In this document: positions 29,443 through 45,324 of the stretch, piece after piece
How the letters are laid out: each line of letters opens with the position of its first letter
Numbering within the stretch: position 1 is the stretch's first letter
NCBI RefSeq assembly: GCF_009914755.1
Contig: NC_060934.1
Source: the human T2T-CHM13v2.0 reference genome, Homo sapiens
DNA: 64,000 nt
Strand: one strand, 5' to 3'
Notes under the pieces: generated by a model
What the model saw: only the letters and a program-made list of their open reading frames with translations
What the model was told of the DNA's origin: nothing
Databases searched by the model: none
Position numbers and translations under genes: made by a program

Positions 29443-29760
29443 ATGTATAAATTGCTATTAAAAATCAAATTTTCTAGAGAACCAAAAATATGTGTGTGAA
29501 TGGAAATCTTATAGTAAGTAATTCTCATGTAAACAGGTCTTTTTTTTAATAATCAATTCTTGTTTTGAGTATTTGTCTGTTTTTGTCAAGGCTCATATCA
29601 AGCTAGCAGAGTACTTTTAAGTACAAATGTATTATATATATGACATTAATTGATGTCATGAATTCCAGATTCCCTGCTGGTAGAAAAACTAGGGCACCCC
29701 ATTTTGTGTACATAAATACATAATCTCCATATATAGACATTTTAAATCTAGGAAATTGTC

Positions 29761-29798
29761 GTGTGTGTATATATATATATATAAACACACATATATAT
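29761..29798. repeat. Compound (GT)(AT)(AC)(AT) microsatellite
   Basis: GTGTGTGTATATATATATATATAAACACACATATATAT. Confidence 0.8.
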
Positions 29799-30309
29799 GG
29801 ATATCTCATTTTTAAGAATCAAGTAGGCTAAAGAAAAATTAAATCAAGTGGGCTATAGATGATACCAATATTTTTAAAGAAAATTGAAAGTTTTATTGTC
29901 AGTAACAGATCAAAAATTACTTTTGTCAACCTACAATATGCATAGGGATTAGCAAGAATCTTAGGTTATAGGTAGGTAAATATTCCTCCAAAATTATAAA
30001 ACCCATTTTAATGTCTTGTGTTTAAGGGCATTATATGTTCTATCTGAACCTGAATCCATGGCAAATATTAATAAAACTTAGGTAATATTATGATAACAGC
30101 TTATTTATTCATGTAATAAGTCCCTGGATACAAATTTATTAAATCTCTAATGTGTATTAAAATCTAAGTTAAGTATGATAATTTGACAATCCTGACCATG
30201 TATTTTTACTCCCAATAATTGCAATTTTAGGAGTCAAATTAATAGAAGAACAAACCAATAGTAACATCCCTGATTAACTAAAAATTATGAGAAGGAAATG
30301 GAATGAAAC

Positions 30310-32165
<1,856 letters not shown>

Positions 32166-32224
32166 ATTAAAGTACTTTCATACATTTTTATTTACCGCAA
32201 AGGGGCACTGCTGCGCTTCCTTTG

Positions 32225-32620
32225 CCATGCTTTCTAGCCTCATTTCCAACACCCTAAAAACACATCCTTCACTCTGTTACAAGTAATTGTTTGATGTTTT
32301 TGTAATGATCCTGTTTCATGACTCTGCGCCTTTGTTTATATTGTTTCGTATGCCTGGAATTCACTTTTCCTAGCATCTTCTTAAGGCCTATTCATTCTTC
32401 ATATCCCAACTTCATTGGCCAGGATAATGTATTTGATTATGGTTTGGCTTATTTAATTCTACTCGTTACTACTTTGCACTTTCAGTTACAGCTCTTATTC
32501 TACTAACCTGCAAACATTGATTTATTTGAGTGTTTCTGATACTATATTCTTAGTTCCTTACTGCCACGTAATACCAAGTAAAGTGTTTGACACAAGGTGG
32601 TCACTTGCAAGTATTTGAAG
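32225..32620 (+). mobile_element. L2 3' fragment
   Basis: CTCTGCGCCTTTGTTTATATTGTTTCGTATGCCTGGAAT ... GTGTTTGACACAAGGTGGTCACTTGCAAGTATTTG. Confidence 0.5.
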
Positions 32621-32673
32621 ACTCAAGAAAGGTAAAAAGTTTCATCAAAGCTCGGCTGAACTGGAGAATCTTG

Positions 32674-33278
32674 TGTTACCAGGTATCAGAGTAACCAAGA
32701 CAACAAGGCAAAATGAAAGGAGCAATTAAGCCTTTAATCACTTATTGCAGTAGTATAAGCAAAAGGCTAAACCAGAGAAAACTCTGATTCTCTTCAGTGT
32801 TGCATTTTCCTCATGGAACAATGTGTCAGTAGAGGATCAGCACAGATGTAGGGGTTGTCTCACAGCAAAGGAGCTCCAGAACAAGGATTTTATGGGTCAC
32901 AGGGACCAAGTTGATGAGAATGGTAGAGGAAGGTGAAGGTAAAAAGCTAAGAGTTAAAAAGTTCTGAGTACTTCAGTCAGAGTGGGGTAAAGAAAAGTGT
33001 CTTCAATGTCCTTTCTGTCTCCCCATAAGGAAATCTTGACAGAGGCACCTGAGGAAGGCATCTGCTGAAAGCCCTGGATAGACACACCTCCAGATGAAAG
33101 CTCCTAGGCTAAGAAAGCAGGTATGTAGGATAGCATGGTTGGAAAGAGGGGCCTCAATCCTGGCCCGTAATTCCCTTCAAAGACTGCGATGCATTGGCTA
33201 CACACCATGCCTTGTAATTGCCCTTGGCCAGACCTGAAAGTCACACCTAGAATTTTAGCCAGAAGCGTGACTCTTCAA
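32674..33278 (-). mobile_element. Probable old ERV LTR, family not identified
   Basis: ~600-bp higher-GC block with TG...CA ends and an antisense poly(A)-signal-like TTTAAT near the left end. Confidence 0.35.
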
Positions 33279-33934
33279 AAATAAAAAGAGGGGAATCCCC
33301 TCCTATTTATAGTCATGAGGGACATTCAAATCAAAATCACAATGAGATGTGACTTCACACCCACTAAGATAGGTATGAAAACACAAACAAAAAACACAGT
33401 ACAAAATGCTTTAACTTTACAAAATAAGTGCCCTGGGAGAGACTTTAAAAAAACATTACTAGGATTTTGAGAAATGAATTATAAGATCATAAAATCCTTC
33501 ATTGATATACTATTGAAAAATTGACTGGATTTTTATGAGTGCTTAGAAACACCTTAATTATTAGAAGGAGACTAAGCAAAGTGTCAAACAAAGTAGCAGA
33601 GCATAGTATGCATGCAGAGAACAGAGACTGAATTTCTAATGTTTCCGGGGTATATGTAGGGAAGTCCCAGAAGATAACAGTGGAAAATAAATTGCTTGCG
33701 ATCATGGTATAAAATGACTTTAGTAAAGCCTGTCATTAGTTCTGAATGAAATTTTGAGCCATTTAAAATTTTGATTCCTTTGATAAATGATTTGCTTTAA
33801 GAAAACCATTTAAAGTTCTCTTTCATTATCAGAAAAAATAATTTATGAATATTCAACTTTTTAAATAGTCTAATTTTTGTTTTAAAATAGACAAGGCTAT
33901 TTTCAATGATTGATAAGGCATACGTATATGAAAG

Positions 33935-34060
33935 ATTGTATATTCATTTGTCTCCTCTAATATAATACAGGCAACTTGAAAGATGAACTTATCTGGTTTA
34001 ATTTTGTGGCTCCAAAACTTCTGCCTTGTGCAGAGAAAGTAATCAATAAATGTTTCCAGA
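33935..34060 (+). mobile_element. L2 3' end fragment
   Basis: TTGTCTCCTCTAA...TGCCTTGTGCAGAGAAAGTAATCAATAAATGTTT. Confidence 0.45.
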
Positions 34061-35641
34061 TTAAACACAATTATAAAGTTACTACTCACCATAGTGTTGA
34101 CATTCAATAAATGCACTTAACTCAGAAATGAAACTAAATATATTTCACACATTGTTTTTTATTTATAAGCTCCTCAAAGTACCTTAAAATTTTTCACACT
34201 TACAGGTAAACAAAGAATAATACTCGATGCCAGTATATGTAAAAATATTGCTTGCATAAAATGTATTTTTGTTTTCCATTCTGAATAAATGGCATTCAAT
34301 TAATTTAAGAAATTTGCATCATTATGATAATATTAAACCATTGCATGATAATATTAAACCATCGCATTGTTGAATGTAGTTGTTTTTATTTTGTTTGGAA
34401 AATAGTTGCTATATCCTAACATTATGATAACCTTGTAGGCAATCATTGTGTTTATTCCACATAAGTGTAATTGTGAATGCTGTTAAACTGTTAGCAGGTT
34501 ATAAAGATGAAAAGTTGTTGCTTTAAAATTATGCGAGAAAATTTGGTAGTTTTGCTTTATAGTTAACATAGCCTTTATTGCGTTTTCAAACTTGTTGCCT
34601 GATTAGCTGGATTGCACACCACCTGATACTAGACTAGGGCACACCAACAGAGTCAAATTTGATTAAATATGCATGTAGATGAAATCTGTATTCAATATTT
34701 TAAAATATTTCTATGCTGGGAGGCATTGCACTCCTTGGCTTAAGCATTCTTCTCTTTTCTTGCTTTATTGACATGATTGCAATCACCAACCAATCAAATT
34801 TAAAAAATCAAGTGAACAAAACTATTGAGTAGCTTTTAAGTACAAAGAGCTATACTGGGCAAAGGAGATGGAGCAAGATTTCAGAGATGTCAAAAAGAGA
34901 GCTTTGTTTTGTAGGAGTTTACAATTCTTTTCAAATGAATATCCATGGTCTTGCTCTGAGATCAGAAATAAACAAATTTATATCTCTGTGGTAGGCCCTT
35001 GGTCATCTATTTACTCTTGTTTCTGGTTAGAGCCTGAAAAATTGAAAGAGTTTACTCCAGATTTAAGTAGATACAATTCAAAAGAAGGGGGCAGGAGAAA
35101 AGAAAGAAAAAGAGAAAGAAGCAGAGAGAATGAAGTAGTGGACTTTGAGTCTGTATCTATATATCCTCAGTGTCTCTAGCAGTGCATTAGCTTGGAAGTA
35201 TGTATTAGGCTCCCATGTCTTAGGCAGGAGCTTAATACAACATTCACTGAGGAAGGAAATATAAATTAAATATACGATTTTGTCCTTGTCCTCAATTTGC
35301 AAGGACAATTTTATTTGAGTAACTCATCTTTTGTTCAAAGTGGTATAGTCCCTTGATGCATCTTGTTCAACACTCATTATATGAGTAATGAAACATGGCT
35401 TTTTGTGATGGTGGTAGGGTATGGAAGAATGATGGAGGAGTTCATTGCCAAAGCCAGTGTGCTGGACAATCAGCCTCAAGCCTAGAATCCAGGTTTCTAA
35501 CTCCTTCTTACAGGCTCATCTCACTGTATAACATACCACCTCCAAAACCTCAAGTCACAAGAGAGTGTCTGTGGACTCTTCAAAGCCCCAATATACTTAG
35601 ACCTGATATCCCAATATGCAGTTTATTTAAAAAGAAACAAG

Positions 35642-35686
35642 ACATACACACACACAAACACGTATACACACACACACACACACACA
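35642..35686. repeat. Interrupted (CA)n microsatellite
   Basis: ACATACACACACACAAACACGTATACACACACACACACACACACA. Confidence 0.85.
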
Positions 35687-37259
35687 ATGTTATTTAGCTT
35701 ACTTAGCAAATTAGAACTGAAATTTGTTCAAAGCAAACAGTGAAGAGATACACAAAGAATACACAGTATGATGGAGATCAGTGCTGTGGTTCAGAGGGGG
35801 AACAAAGCAGTGTGGATTGAGGCAGTAGGGGAAAGGGACAGGGTTCCTTCCTGAACTAAATTTCAAAACAGAGCCATCCAGCTGGGAGAATAATATTCTA
35901 GTATGCTTAGTCTGAACACAGCAAAACAAATCTTCTTAAAGTGAGATTTTCTCCCATGTTTGGGAGGTGATAGAACCTGATATGAGCAGTGATCACGGCT
36001 TTCTAAATTTGGCAATTCTCATCATCAGCTTCCTAGAGTCATTACTGTCAAGGGAGGTTTTACGTTTAACCATAGGTCATCTGGACACCAGATTTTTTGA
36101 ACGCCAGATTTTCTTGTAGTATTTATGAGTGCCCATCAACATATATTGAGAAAAGCAGAGAAATAATTCTGCTCTTGCTATAAAATTACTTCAGATCGTT
36201 TCTTAATTTTATTTTAAAAATTTTTATTAGAAATGTGGGATAAAATGTTACATTTAAGTTTAAGTTTGTAGAGTTTCTTTCTGCCTGCAACTTTGGGTTT
36301 CAGGTAAATCTCACATTTTATAATCTTTGTCAATACTAAAAAAGTCAGTGAAATTATTTTTTATAAAAAAAAAGAGCAGCACCAAAATAAAAACAGGACA
36401 AGGCTTAACTCATATTGTGCTACGGAGAAAAGAAAACACAAAATATTGTTCATTTATTCAGTCATTTCCTTGGTAATAAGTTATTTTATGCTACAAAATT
36501 TTTATGTAACTAAATTGTACCTCTTTAAGTATCAATTATTAAAATTTCAAAATATTTTATATAAAAATATATCATAGTGACCCTTGATATTTAAAAAGGC
36601 TGTATCTTAATGCTTTTCAAGCTAACATTTTCAGTCATCTAGTATTGTAGTGATATAGTAGATAATTCCTACTATATCAAATTCAATAAAGCATATTATA
36701 TGGCAGAATTTCTGTGTTCTGTATTTAAATTGAGCAATGAATGTGGGACAGTGCTATAGTTTCTTATTAGTTCAGTCAATTCCCTTTATAAACTGGTCTT
36801 ATAGTATGATTAAAATTTGTGTTACAGATCAATAGCAAATAATTTCAGTATATTGATTTCACGCTTATATTCAAATAAACTATGTCACACATTAAGACCA
36901 AAAGAGTTATTCTTTTGGTTCATGATCCCTATTTAAATATTTATTATTTTCAGAGTTATAATCTCTAGAGTTGAAATTGCCAGCAGATAACCTATAAATT
37001 AATATCTTTACCCCCAACATATACAGCTTATGGAAAATTTTCAAATAAAATGGAATTTTGTGGGAATAAGTTGAGTATTCAAAGTAAATATCTTAACCAT
37101 ACAACATGCCTGAAAGATTATCGGAACAAGGTGACCTAATAAGCTTATGTATTTTTTATTTTAAGATAGTCTGAAAATGTAGTTTTCAAACTTCTACAGG
37201 ATATGAGAAAAGATAAGAAGATTTCTTAGTAATACATCAACAGTTGGCAAGACTTTATT

Positions 37260-37512
37260 AAGCAGAGTGGTTAAAAGCAGCATAGTGTTAATAATATGAG
37301 ATTTGGAACCAAATATACAGGCGTAGAAATACTAGCAACCGTACTGCATGGTTTCAACATGTTAACTAAATCTCTAGATCTCATTTCCCTTCTCCAAAAC
37401 TGAGAAATAATTATAGGTAAACAGTAAGATTGGATGAGAAATTAATGAGATAATACATATAAAGTGCTTAGAACAGAATCTGGACCATAATTAGCACCCC
37501 AATGTTTGCTAG
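37260..37512 (+). mobile_element. MIR
   Basis: AGTGGTTAAAAGCA...GAAATTAATGAGATAATACATATAAAGTGCTTAGAACAG. Confidence 0.75.
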
Positions 37513-38013
37513 CAAAGTGATCTATGTGTTCTACCTTACCCCATTTTCAATATATGTTATTTAGCTTTGGAAAATGTATAATCAAAGCACTAAAGCATAT
37601 GGCCCGATTATAGTAAATTTACCTGAAGTTAAGAGAAGGCAGAGATCCTTTGCTATAGTCTGCAAGGCCTGTATAAAGGGCTTACTCCATGTATATAAAT
37701 ATATGAATAAGAACTTGGTATCTATCATTATAAGTGCTTAAGATGGCAAGTTCTCTTTGCTGATTTAGTTACTTAATATTCATAACCAGGAGCAGTCCTG
37801 GTTGTTAGGTCAAAGCAGCATTATGAGAACCCAAAATGGCCAAGAATAGGGATGCATAGTCTTCCTAGACTCCATCTTTTCCAGAGATGATAATTTAATC
37901 CTAAATTTTCAATACAAACTATGTGCTTACTAGAAATAGAATGTAGGTGTTAATACCAAACATATTTTGATGCCTCACATACCTCTAATGCTTAACTTTA
38001 ATATCTGTCTTTA

Positions 38014-38358
<345 letters not shown>

Positions 38359-38989
38359 ACATCTGTCTTCATTTGGCAGCAGTTGGAGCTATAACTGTAT
38401 CCAATGTTTTTAATGAACAGACAAAAGTGATATTTTTGAATAGTGGTCATCCAGCAGTGCAGAGACCCAAAAACTTGCAAAAACACCATAGATTTATATG
38501 ACCCTTATCATTGGAGCACCACCTTATTTTCTTGAATATACACCAGACCATCAATGACTAGAAAATGCTGGAAAGAACATAGGAACTTTAGGGACAACCA
38601 TGACATTCCTTTGAGATTATCCAAGCTTATGTTATTGCCTATTATGACGTACTTGATATTATTGTTATAACTAGTTTAAAATATCCTTTTGCTTATGTAA
38701 CACAGAGTTGTTATTATAACTTTTGCTTTCAGTAACTCAACAAAATCAAAACTCAAACCATGTGATTAGTATAATACCATGTCCAAAATTAAGACCCATC
38801 TTTGGTCTACAAATAAAATGTCTTAACAAAGACTTGACCATTCAAGATTGCTACAGAAATCAATAAAATTTGGCCTATAGTTCTGTTCTTTTAAAGAAAT
38901 TATGATTCTGTGAGTAGCGTAATATTAAAAAGAAAAAATAATGAAGATTGTTATGCTGATAGAGTTACACATGCAATTAGCTCTAATAA

Positions 38990-39125
38990 TTTGTGATATG
39001 ATATCCTTATCTCCTTTAGTCAGATAAGAAAACAGAGGCTTAATGAATTTCTATCTTGAAAAAGCCATATTACTGGGAAGTGACCAAACCAAAAATAACT
39101 CTTTAATTGAAGTCCATTCGTCTTA
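38990..39125 (-). mobile_element. MIR fragment
   Basis: CAGATAAGAAAACAGAGGCTTA core. Confidence 0.55.
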
Positions 39126-39436
39126 CTGATAAGATAAATTTCACCACCCATAGTCTTGGTTGAAGGAAGAATTTAAGTGTGTATGTTATTATTTAAGTGT
39201 GTATGCTATGATAGAATTAAAGTGAAGAAGACAGTACTAAAGAATATTTAGATTTATGTACAAACCCAGCATTTAAAAATTTGTATCAGAAAATAAGAAT
39301 CTGATCAGCTCAAATGATAGACTATCTTCTGAGCAGCATTTATCTTTCATATCTTTCATAGCCTTAGCTGGCTGGCACCACTGATATCCTCTGTTGACAG
39401 TCTTTGCTTCAACCAAATCTTGAGTCAATTTGCCTA

Positions 39437-39640
39437 TTTTTAATTTTTCTGACAATTGATAGACATATATATTTATGGGGTGCAAAGTGGCATTCTTATT
39501 TTTACTATATTACAGAATGCTTAAATAAGTTAATTTGCATATTCACTGCCTTAAATATTTAATAATTTTGTGATAAGAGCAAACTTATTCTTCCTTGAGC
39601 CAATTTAGTACAGGGGTACAATTATTTTTTACAGTCTTAG
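39437..39640 (-). mobile_element. L1MA 3' end fragment
   Basis: TATATTTATGGGGTGCAAAGTG...AAATAAGTTAATTTGCATATTCACTGCC. Confidence 0.55.
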
Positions 39641-39789
39641 CCTACCAAGAAGTGAGAGTGCTGCCTAAGACCTGGTGTCTTAAGAACTTGGAGAAAATCT
39701 GAATCCTATTGTGTCTACAGGGTTAAGAACTGATCTTTCAATTTCTCTTTTAATTCCTCTGCTATGATGCCAGTCACTTCAAGTAAAGC

Positions 39790-39990
39790 CAAACCATATA
39801 GTGGAAGAGTAAACTGTATTCAAAATCAGATGGAGTAGGTTTGAATTCCAGCTTAGATAGTTACTAGCTATATGACACATATGACTATATTCTATATAGA
39901 CTAGGTTATTTGTGAAAAATACATATTGTGAATGTAAGGGGTTTGCCATAGTTCTGGACACATAATAGTTTCACACAATATGGCTACTCT
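39790..39990 (+). mobile_element. MIR
   Basis: GGTTTGAATTCCAGCT...TTACTAGCTATATGAC...CATAGTTCTGGACACATAATAG. Confidence 0.6.
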
Positions 39991-40100
39991 TTCAATATTA
40001 ATTACCAACTGGATATGTGTCTCAGTTTATGCATCAAAAGTTCTGTTTTCCCAAAATGGTGCAAAATTTCTGACAAGCACTCCCCCCTATTTGATGAACA

Positions 40101-40496
40101 CGTTAAAAGAAAAACTTTAGAAAAATTAAATTTAACAGGTTTGGATTGAGCAAAGAATGATTCACCAGTGAGGCAGCCTTCAGAACCAGACAACGTTCAT
40201 AGAGTTCTAATCCAACATTTAGGCTGGCAGTATTTCTAAACAGAAAAGGGAAGTGATGTACAGAAACACCTTGATTGATTACAGATCAGGGTTTGCCTTA
40301 TTTGGGCATAGTCTGATTAGGTGGCAGGCTGTGATTGGCTGCAGCTCAACTGCTGTAATTGGCCGAGACAGCTATTTGTTAAAACCAAATACTCTTAATT
40401 TAGGCTTTCAGTTTGTCTACATAGCAAGCTACCTGGCAGTTTGCTGTGTAGGGACTTAAGGTACAAAGGCAGCCTCAGGCCACATTTTCTTTAACA
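40101..40496 (-). mobile_element. ERV1 solo LTR, MER57/MER93-like
   Basis: GTTAAAAGAAAAACTTTAGAAAAATTAAATTTAAC...GAGCAAAGAATGATTC...GTTTGCCTTATTTG...CTCAGGCC...TTTAACA. Confidence 0.75.
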
Positions 40497-40682
40497 AATC
40501 ATGATATATAATCTTAACTTTAAGATCTATCTTCATCTGTCATCAATTGGAGCTATAACTGTATCATCATCATAAATATCATATTTGTTAAATGAAAATA
40601 ATACAGTTTTATATATAAACAATTGTGGCATGATTGGAATCTGGCCCTCATAGGCCTTGCTATCTTTTAGGTATATAATCTA

Positions 40683-41687
40683 TGTTCTGGTTATCTATAG
40701 CTATAAAACTAGCCACCCTGAAATTATGTGGCATAAAACAACAACTATCTCATCATGCTCTCAATTACATTTATCAGGAATTTAGGCAAAGAACAACAGA
40801 TATGACTCATCTCTGCTCCATAAAGACTTGGGTCTCAGCTTAGGTGGCTCAAATGGCTGGAGATGGCTAGGACAATTTGACTAGGGCCATATGCTGTGAA
40901 CTAACAGTTCTCCCTGTTGGTACGTTTCTTCAGTTTTCCACATCTTTGGTTATGTCTGGTGTGGTCAAGAATATCCATAAAGGCTTCTTCACTCACATGC
41001 TGGTGCCTTGCCTATGATGGTTGGACAAGCTTTGGCTAGCCAGGCATCTTGCTCTCTCCATTGTCTCCCCACATAGATAGCTTGGAGTTCCTCATGGCCT
41101 AAGTTATCAGGGTAGTCATATTCCTTACATGAAGGCTGACTTCTCCAAGAATGAGCATTCTAAGTGGCTGGATAAAAGCACCATCCAATGTTTTTTTGTT
41201 TTTTGTTTTTGTTTCTTTCTGAGAGAGAGAGAGGTTCTCGTTCTGTCACGAAGGCTGGAGTACAGTGGTGCAATCATGGCTCATTGCACGCTTAACATCT
41301 GGGCTTAAGTGATCCTCCCACCCCAGCTTCCTGGGTATCTGGGAGCACAGGCACAACTACTTTTTAATATGTTTTTTGTAGAGATGGGATCTCCCTATGT
41401 TGCACAGGCTGGTCTCAAACACCAAGGCTTGAGTGATCCTCCTGCATCGGTTTCCCAAAGTTCTGGGCTTACAGGCATGAGCCACTGCATTCAGCCTCAT
41501 GTATTTCAAGTAGCCACATGGAAGACATGAATGACTTAGCCTTGGAAGCTTCAAAACACAGAATTCTGCTTCATTCTACTGGTCAAGCAAGTCATTAAAG
41601 CCACCCCAAACCTAAAGGTGGGTAAAATAGATTTCACCTTTTAATTGCAAAAGTAACAAAGAATATATTATCTTTAACCTCCCCACT
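40683..41687 (-). mobile_element. MaLR LTR (MLT1G/H-like), interrupted by AluJ
   Basis: TGTTCTGGTTATCTATAGCT...GGCATAAAACAACAAC...CATTCTACTGGTCAAGCAAGTCATTAAAGCC. Confidence 0.7.
41191..41496 (-). mobile_element. AluJ
   Basis: GGCTGGAGTACAGTGGTGCAATCATGGCTCA...GGGCTTAAGTGATCCTCCC...ACAGGCATGAGCCACTGCA. Confidence 0.9.
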
Positions 41688-41779
41688 CTATTAGGACTTC
41701 TCATCAGGAACTGTGGTAGATCTTGGTTGTGTTTACTGCTTTATACTGTATCTACTAGCAGGCTTTGATTTTTAAAGTG

Positions 41780-41945
41780 AAATTTTCTAGATATCTGGCC
41801 TTAGGCATTTTGCTTAACCTAAATACATTTAATTATTCTTATCTCTCACTGAGAACATATTAGCTATTTCATAGGGTTTATTTATAATAAAGGTAATGTC
41901 TAACACATGTTGAGCTCTCAATAAATGGCAGCTGCTATTATAATC
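41780..41945 (+). mobile_element. MIR fragment
   Basis: GGCCTTAGGCATTTTGCTTAACCT...CTCAATAAATGGCAGCTGCTATTAT. Confidence 0.5.
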
Positions 41946-43624
41946 ATCGTTGTCATCAGCATACATTATATGTAAATTATATGAATTCATATTGCCTTCC
42001 TAAAACCAAGCCCATGTTCCTCAGATCTCTTTAGTCCTTAAGTTTGGCTGATTTAACCTTCATCATGGAGGACAATTTCATGATTTTGTCTTCCCTATCT
42101 ACCTGCTATTTCATTTACATTCAACTTCTTCCTTCTCAATATACCTGAATTATCAGAATAATAACTTATACTTAGGCTCAAGTATACCTGAACAGTGTAA
42201 GTATAACTTACATTGTTAAAATTATTCCAGGATTTAGATGGAATAGTGTGGACATATTCTCTGATGCCACTGCAGAGTGAAGATGTGCTCCACCATCACA
42301 CAAATGGAATATTATTTTAAGCCATTGAACTATTTCTGCTACATTAACCAATCTATGTTTAAGTTTAAATCCTGTATAAAACATGGAATATTTCATCAAT
42401 GAACTAATAACACTTGTACCTTTGTAAATACTTAAGTTTTCTACTTTTCTGTATCCAAGAGAACTTAATACCTACAGTAGGCTTATCTTGAGAAAGTTTA
42501 GCAAAGGAGCAATACGTGTCTTTTTATTGTCAGTCTTTGATCAGGGTTATGGTTAAAACCTCTGAATTTTTTCACAGTTATTCCAAGAAACCCTTGGATT
42601 TTGAGGCAAAGGAGACTATCCTTGATTTTCTTTTTTTTTTTTTCCTTTGTTATTCTCTTCGTGAATGCCTATCAAAGAGCATTGGTAATTTAGTGTGAGG
42701 TGTTTTCCCTTCTTCATGATTTAGTTCCATTGGAGAATTTGTGATTAAATTATTGAGAATAGAGATCATATTTTTATAATTTTTGGCGGTCTAGTTAGGT
42801 TATCAGCCAGTGACTATAAGTAGAAAATGAACATTAAAAACATTTAAACCTAAAGCTTTTTAAAGAGACCAAGTTAATTTGCCGAGAGATAACATCTTTA
42901 GGTCTGTTTTTCATGTCTGCATAAAGCAAGCTTGCTACACACCAAATTCATGTGCATTAAAGAATTAACCAAGAATCCCTACATATCGTTAATTAACCAG
43001 GACTACGTTAGCTATAAAAGTTCTATTATGTAGCGGGATTTAATGTGAAGATTACAAGGCTTCTAACTACTTTGACACAGTACCTACACTCAATGGGTGC
43101 TGTCTATGCTGAAGCTGCCACTTCAAATCTGTTTGGAAAGAACTATCTTGAGCAGTGTGGCTGCATTCAATGCCAATCAAATTCTATTAATCCTAAATAA
43201 TATTAAAATTTATTATATATACAATTTGTATATAATTTTAAGGCCTCTCAAAGAGTGGATAATTGCACACTTTTGAAGAATTTTGAATGACTGAATTATA
43301 AACTGTTAACACTGTTGCCAAACCGTCACACAACTCTAGAAAGGTAACAAAGTACTCTGTTTTTTGAAATGATTAAGCCTGGATGATTTTACTTCCAGCT
43401 ATTAGGATATTGTCAGAAATACATACCTCACATGAACTAAAGCCACTCGGCATATGTAAAGGTAGGCTTTCTCTTTTATTTGCATTCGATTTAATAAAAT
43501 ATGATTATTTTATATGTAGCATGGCATTTACTTCCTTCACTTCATTTATTTTATGTTACTTCACTCTGGCAAGCCATTTGGCACTATTATATCTGTTCCT
43601 ATATAAATAGAGTTAATGACATAT

Positions 43625-43745
43625 GTGGACTTAACAATCACATAGCACAACAATCTTGAATTAAATACCCTTATTGTATCCATTTTACAAACAGGAAAGT
43701 GGAGGCAAAGAGAAGGTGAGTAACTTGCTCAAGTCGAAAAGTGAC
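43625..43745 (-). mobile_element. MIR fragment
   Basis: CCATTTTACAAACAGGAAAGTGGAGGCAAAGAGAAGGTGAGTAACTTGCTCAAG. Confidence 0.7.
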
Positions 43746-43755
43746 GTTAAGTTAC

Positions 43756-44428
43756 TGTTTGGATTTGTTTTATACTGCTGCCATCAAATTACCACAGCTT
43801 CAAACAACACTTACTTATTATCTCATAGCTTTGTAGGTTAGAAGTCTGACCTGGGCTCACTGGATACAATCAAGGTGTTGGTGGGACTGTTTCTTATTGG
43901 AAAATCTGGGAAATAAACCATTTCAAACCCCATTCAAGTTGTTAGCCTACTTCAATTTCTTGAAGTTGTAAGACTGAGGATCTTGTTTCCTGGTTGGCCA
44001 TCAACCACAAAGTGTTTGCTCCTAGAGGCTGTCTGCGTTCTTTCTCTTGTTTACCGTGAGCTCCTAGAGACCTCTCAGTCTTTACACTGTTACTGGCTCC
44101 TAACTCTCAGAACAACCAGTGGTGAATCAAATATTTCTTAAGCTTAGAATCTGCCACACGCATACATCTTTGACTCCAGCCAGGGAAAGTTCTCTACTTA
44201 TGTGATTAGACAGGAAGATTATCTTGGTAGATTATCTGGCCCACCCAGATAATCCAGGATAATTGCCCTATTTAAGGATCAGTAATCTTAATTACATCTG
44301 GAAGTTGCTTGTTTGGTTGTTTGTTTGTTTGCTTGCTTGTATATTTGTTTTGCCACTGATATAATCCATTCGCAGATTCCATGGATTATGTATGGATATT
44401 GCTAGGGCGTTACTTAGCCTGCCATACG
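43756..44428 (-). mobile_element. MaLR LTR (MLT1E-like)
   Basis: AAATTACCACA...TTATTATCTCATAGCTTTGTAGGTTAGAAGTC...GGCCCACCCAGATAATCCAGGATAAT...TAATTACATCTG. Confidence 0.78.
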
Positions 44429-45324
44429 ATTGTTCAATTTTTATACAGTATTCATTTTAGTTTTGTTTACCCTGAAAAACCACTTAAAGATAATTTACTA
44501 CAGATAACTTACTCCACTTTATTTGGAGCAAGACTCTTTAATCAAAGTGGTGACAACTGCAGACTAATGATAATCTTGACATAGGCAGCTCTCCTACCTT
44601 TATTTTACTGTTTAGCTTACTAACTGTCTCAGTAAAGGTTTCATATATGGAGCAACAGGAGAAGATTAAAGAAGAAAAGAAGCAGTCACTTCTTAGACAA
44701 AAGGCTGTGCCCTAAAAAAAGTCCCCATCTTTCTCTGGGTCTTCCTGAACAGAGAGGTAGGGAAAACAGAATAAACTTCCCTAGCAACTCTCTAAAAGTT
44801 ATACACATATCTCTCTATGCATTTGTCCTAAGTTTTACTATTACAGGCTGCTGTGCCAAAAGGTGTAATTCTCTCACTTACTCTTTCTCAACTGCTGCTG
44901 GAGAATTTTGTGATAATGCACCAATGAGGTGTAAAGCCCTTTCTTTATATAATTATCACTCATGAATAATGATTTACAAACCTACAGGAACTCATCCGAA
45001 TTAATGATCTATTCATTCTTGGTTTATAAATTATTCACAATAGGCATGATAATTAATTCAACTTGAGTAATCATTGGAAATAAATCTTGACTGGTTTAGG
45101 GTTCCTTAACATGTTTTATTCATTCTATTGACTATGTTTTAGAGACAACATAAATTAAGCCCATAAAGAGAAATATATAATAATAGAAGGGGGATATGAG
45201 AAGGAACAGAACACGTGACAGAGTTAGTGAAAGGATTGCCAAAGAAATGATGATCAGCTGAGATTCATGGTATATGTGGTTATTTGAAAGACCAGAGTTA
45301 GGCAGACAAGCAATAAATAGCAAA

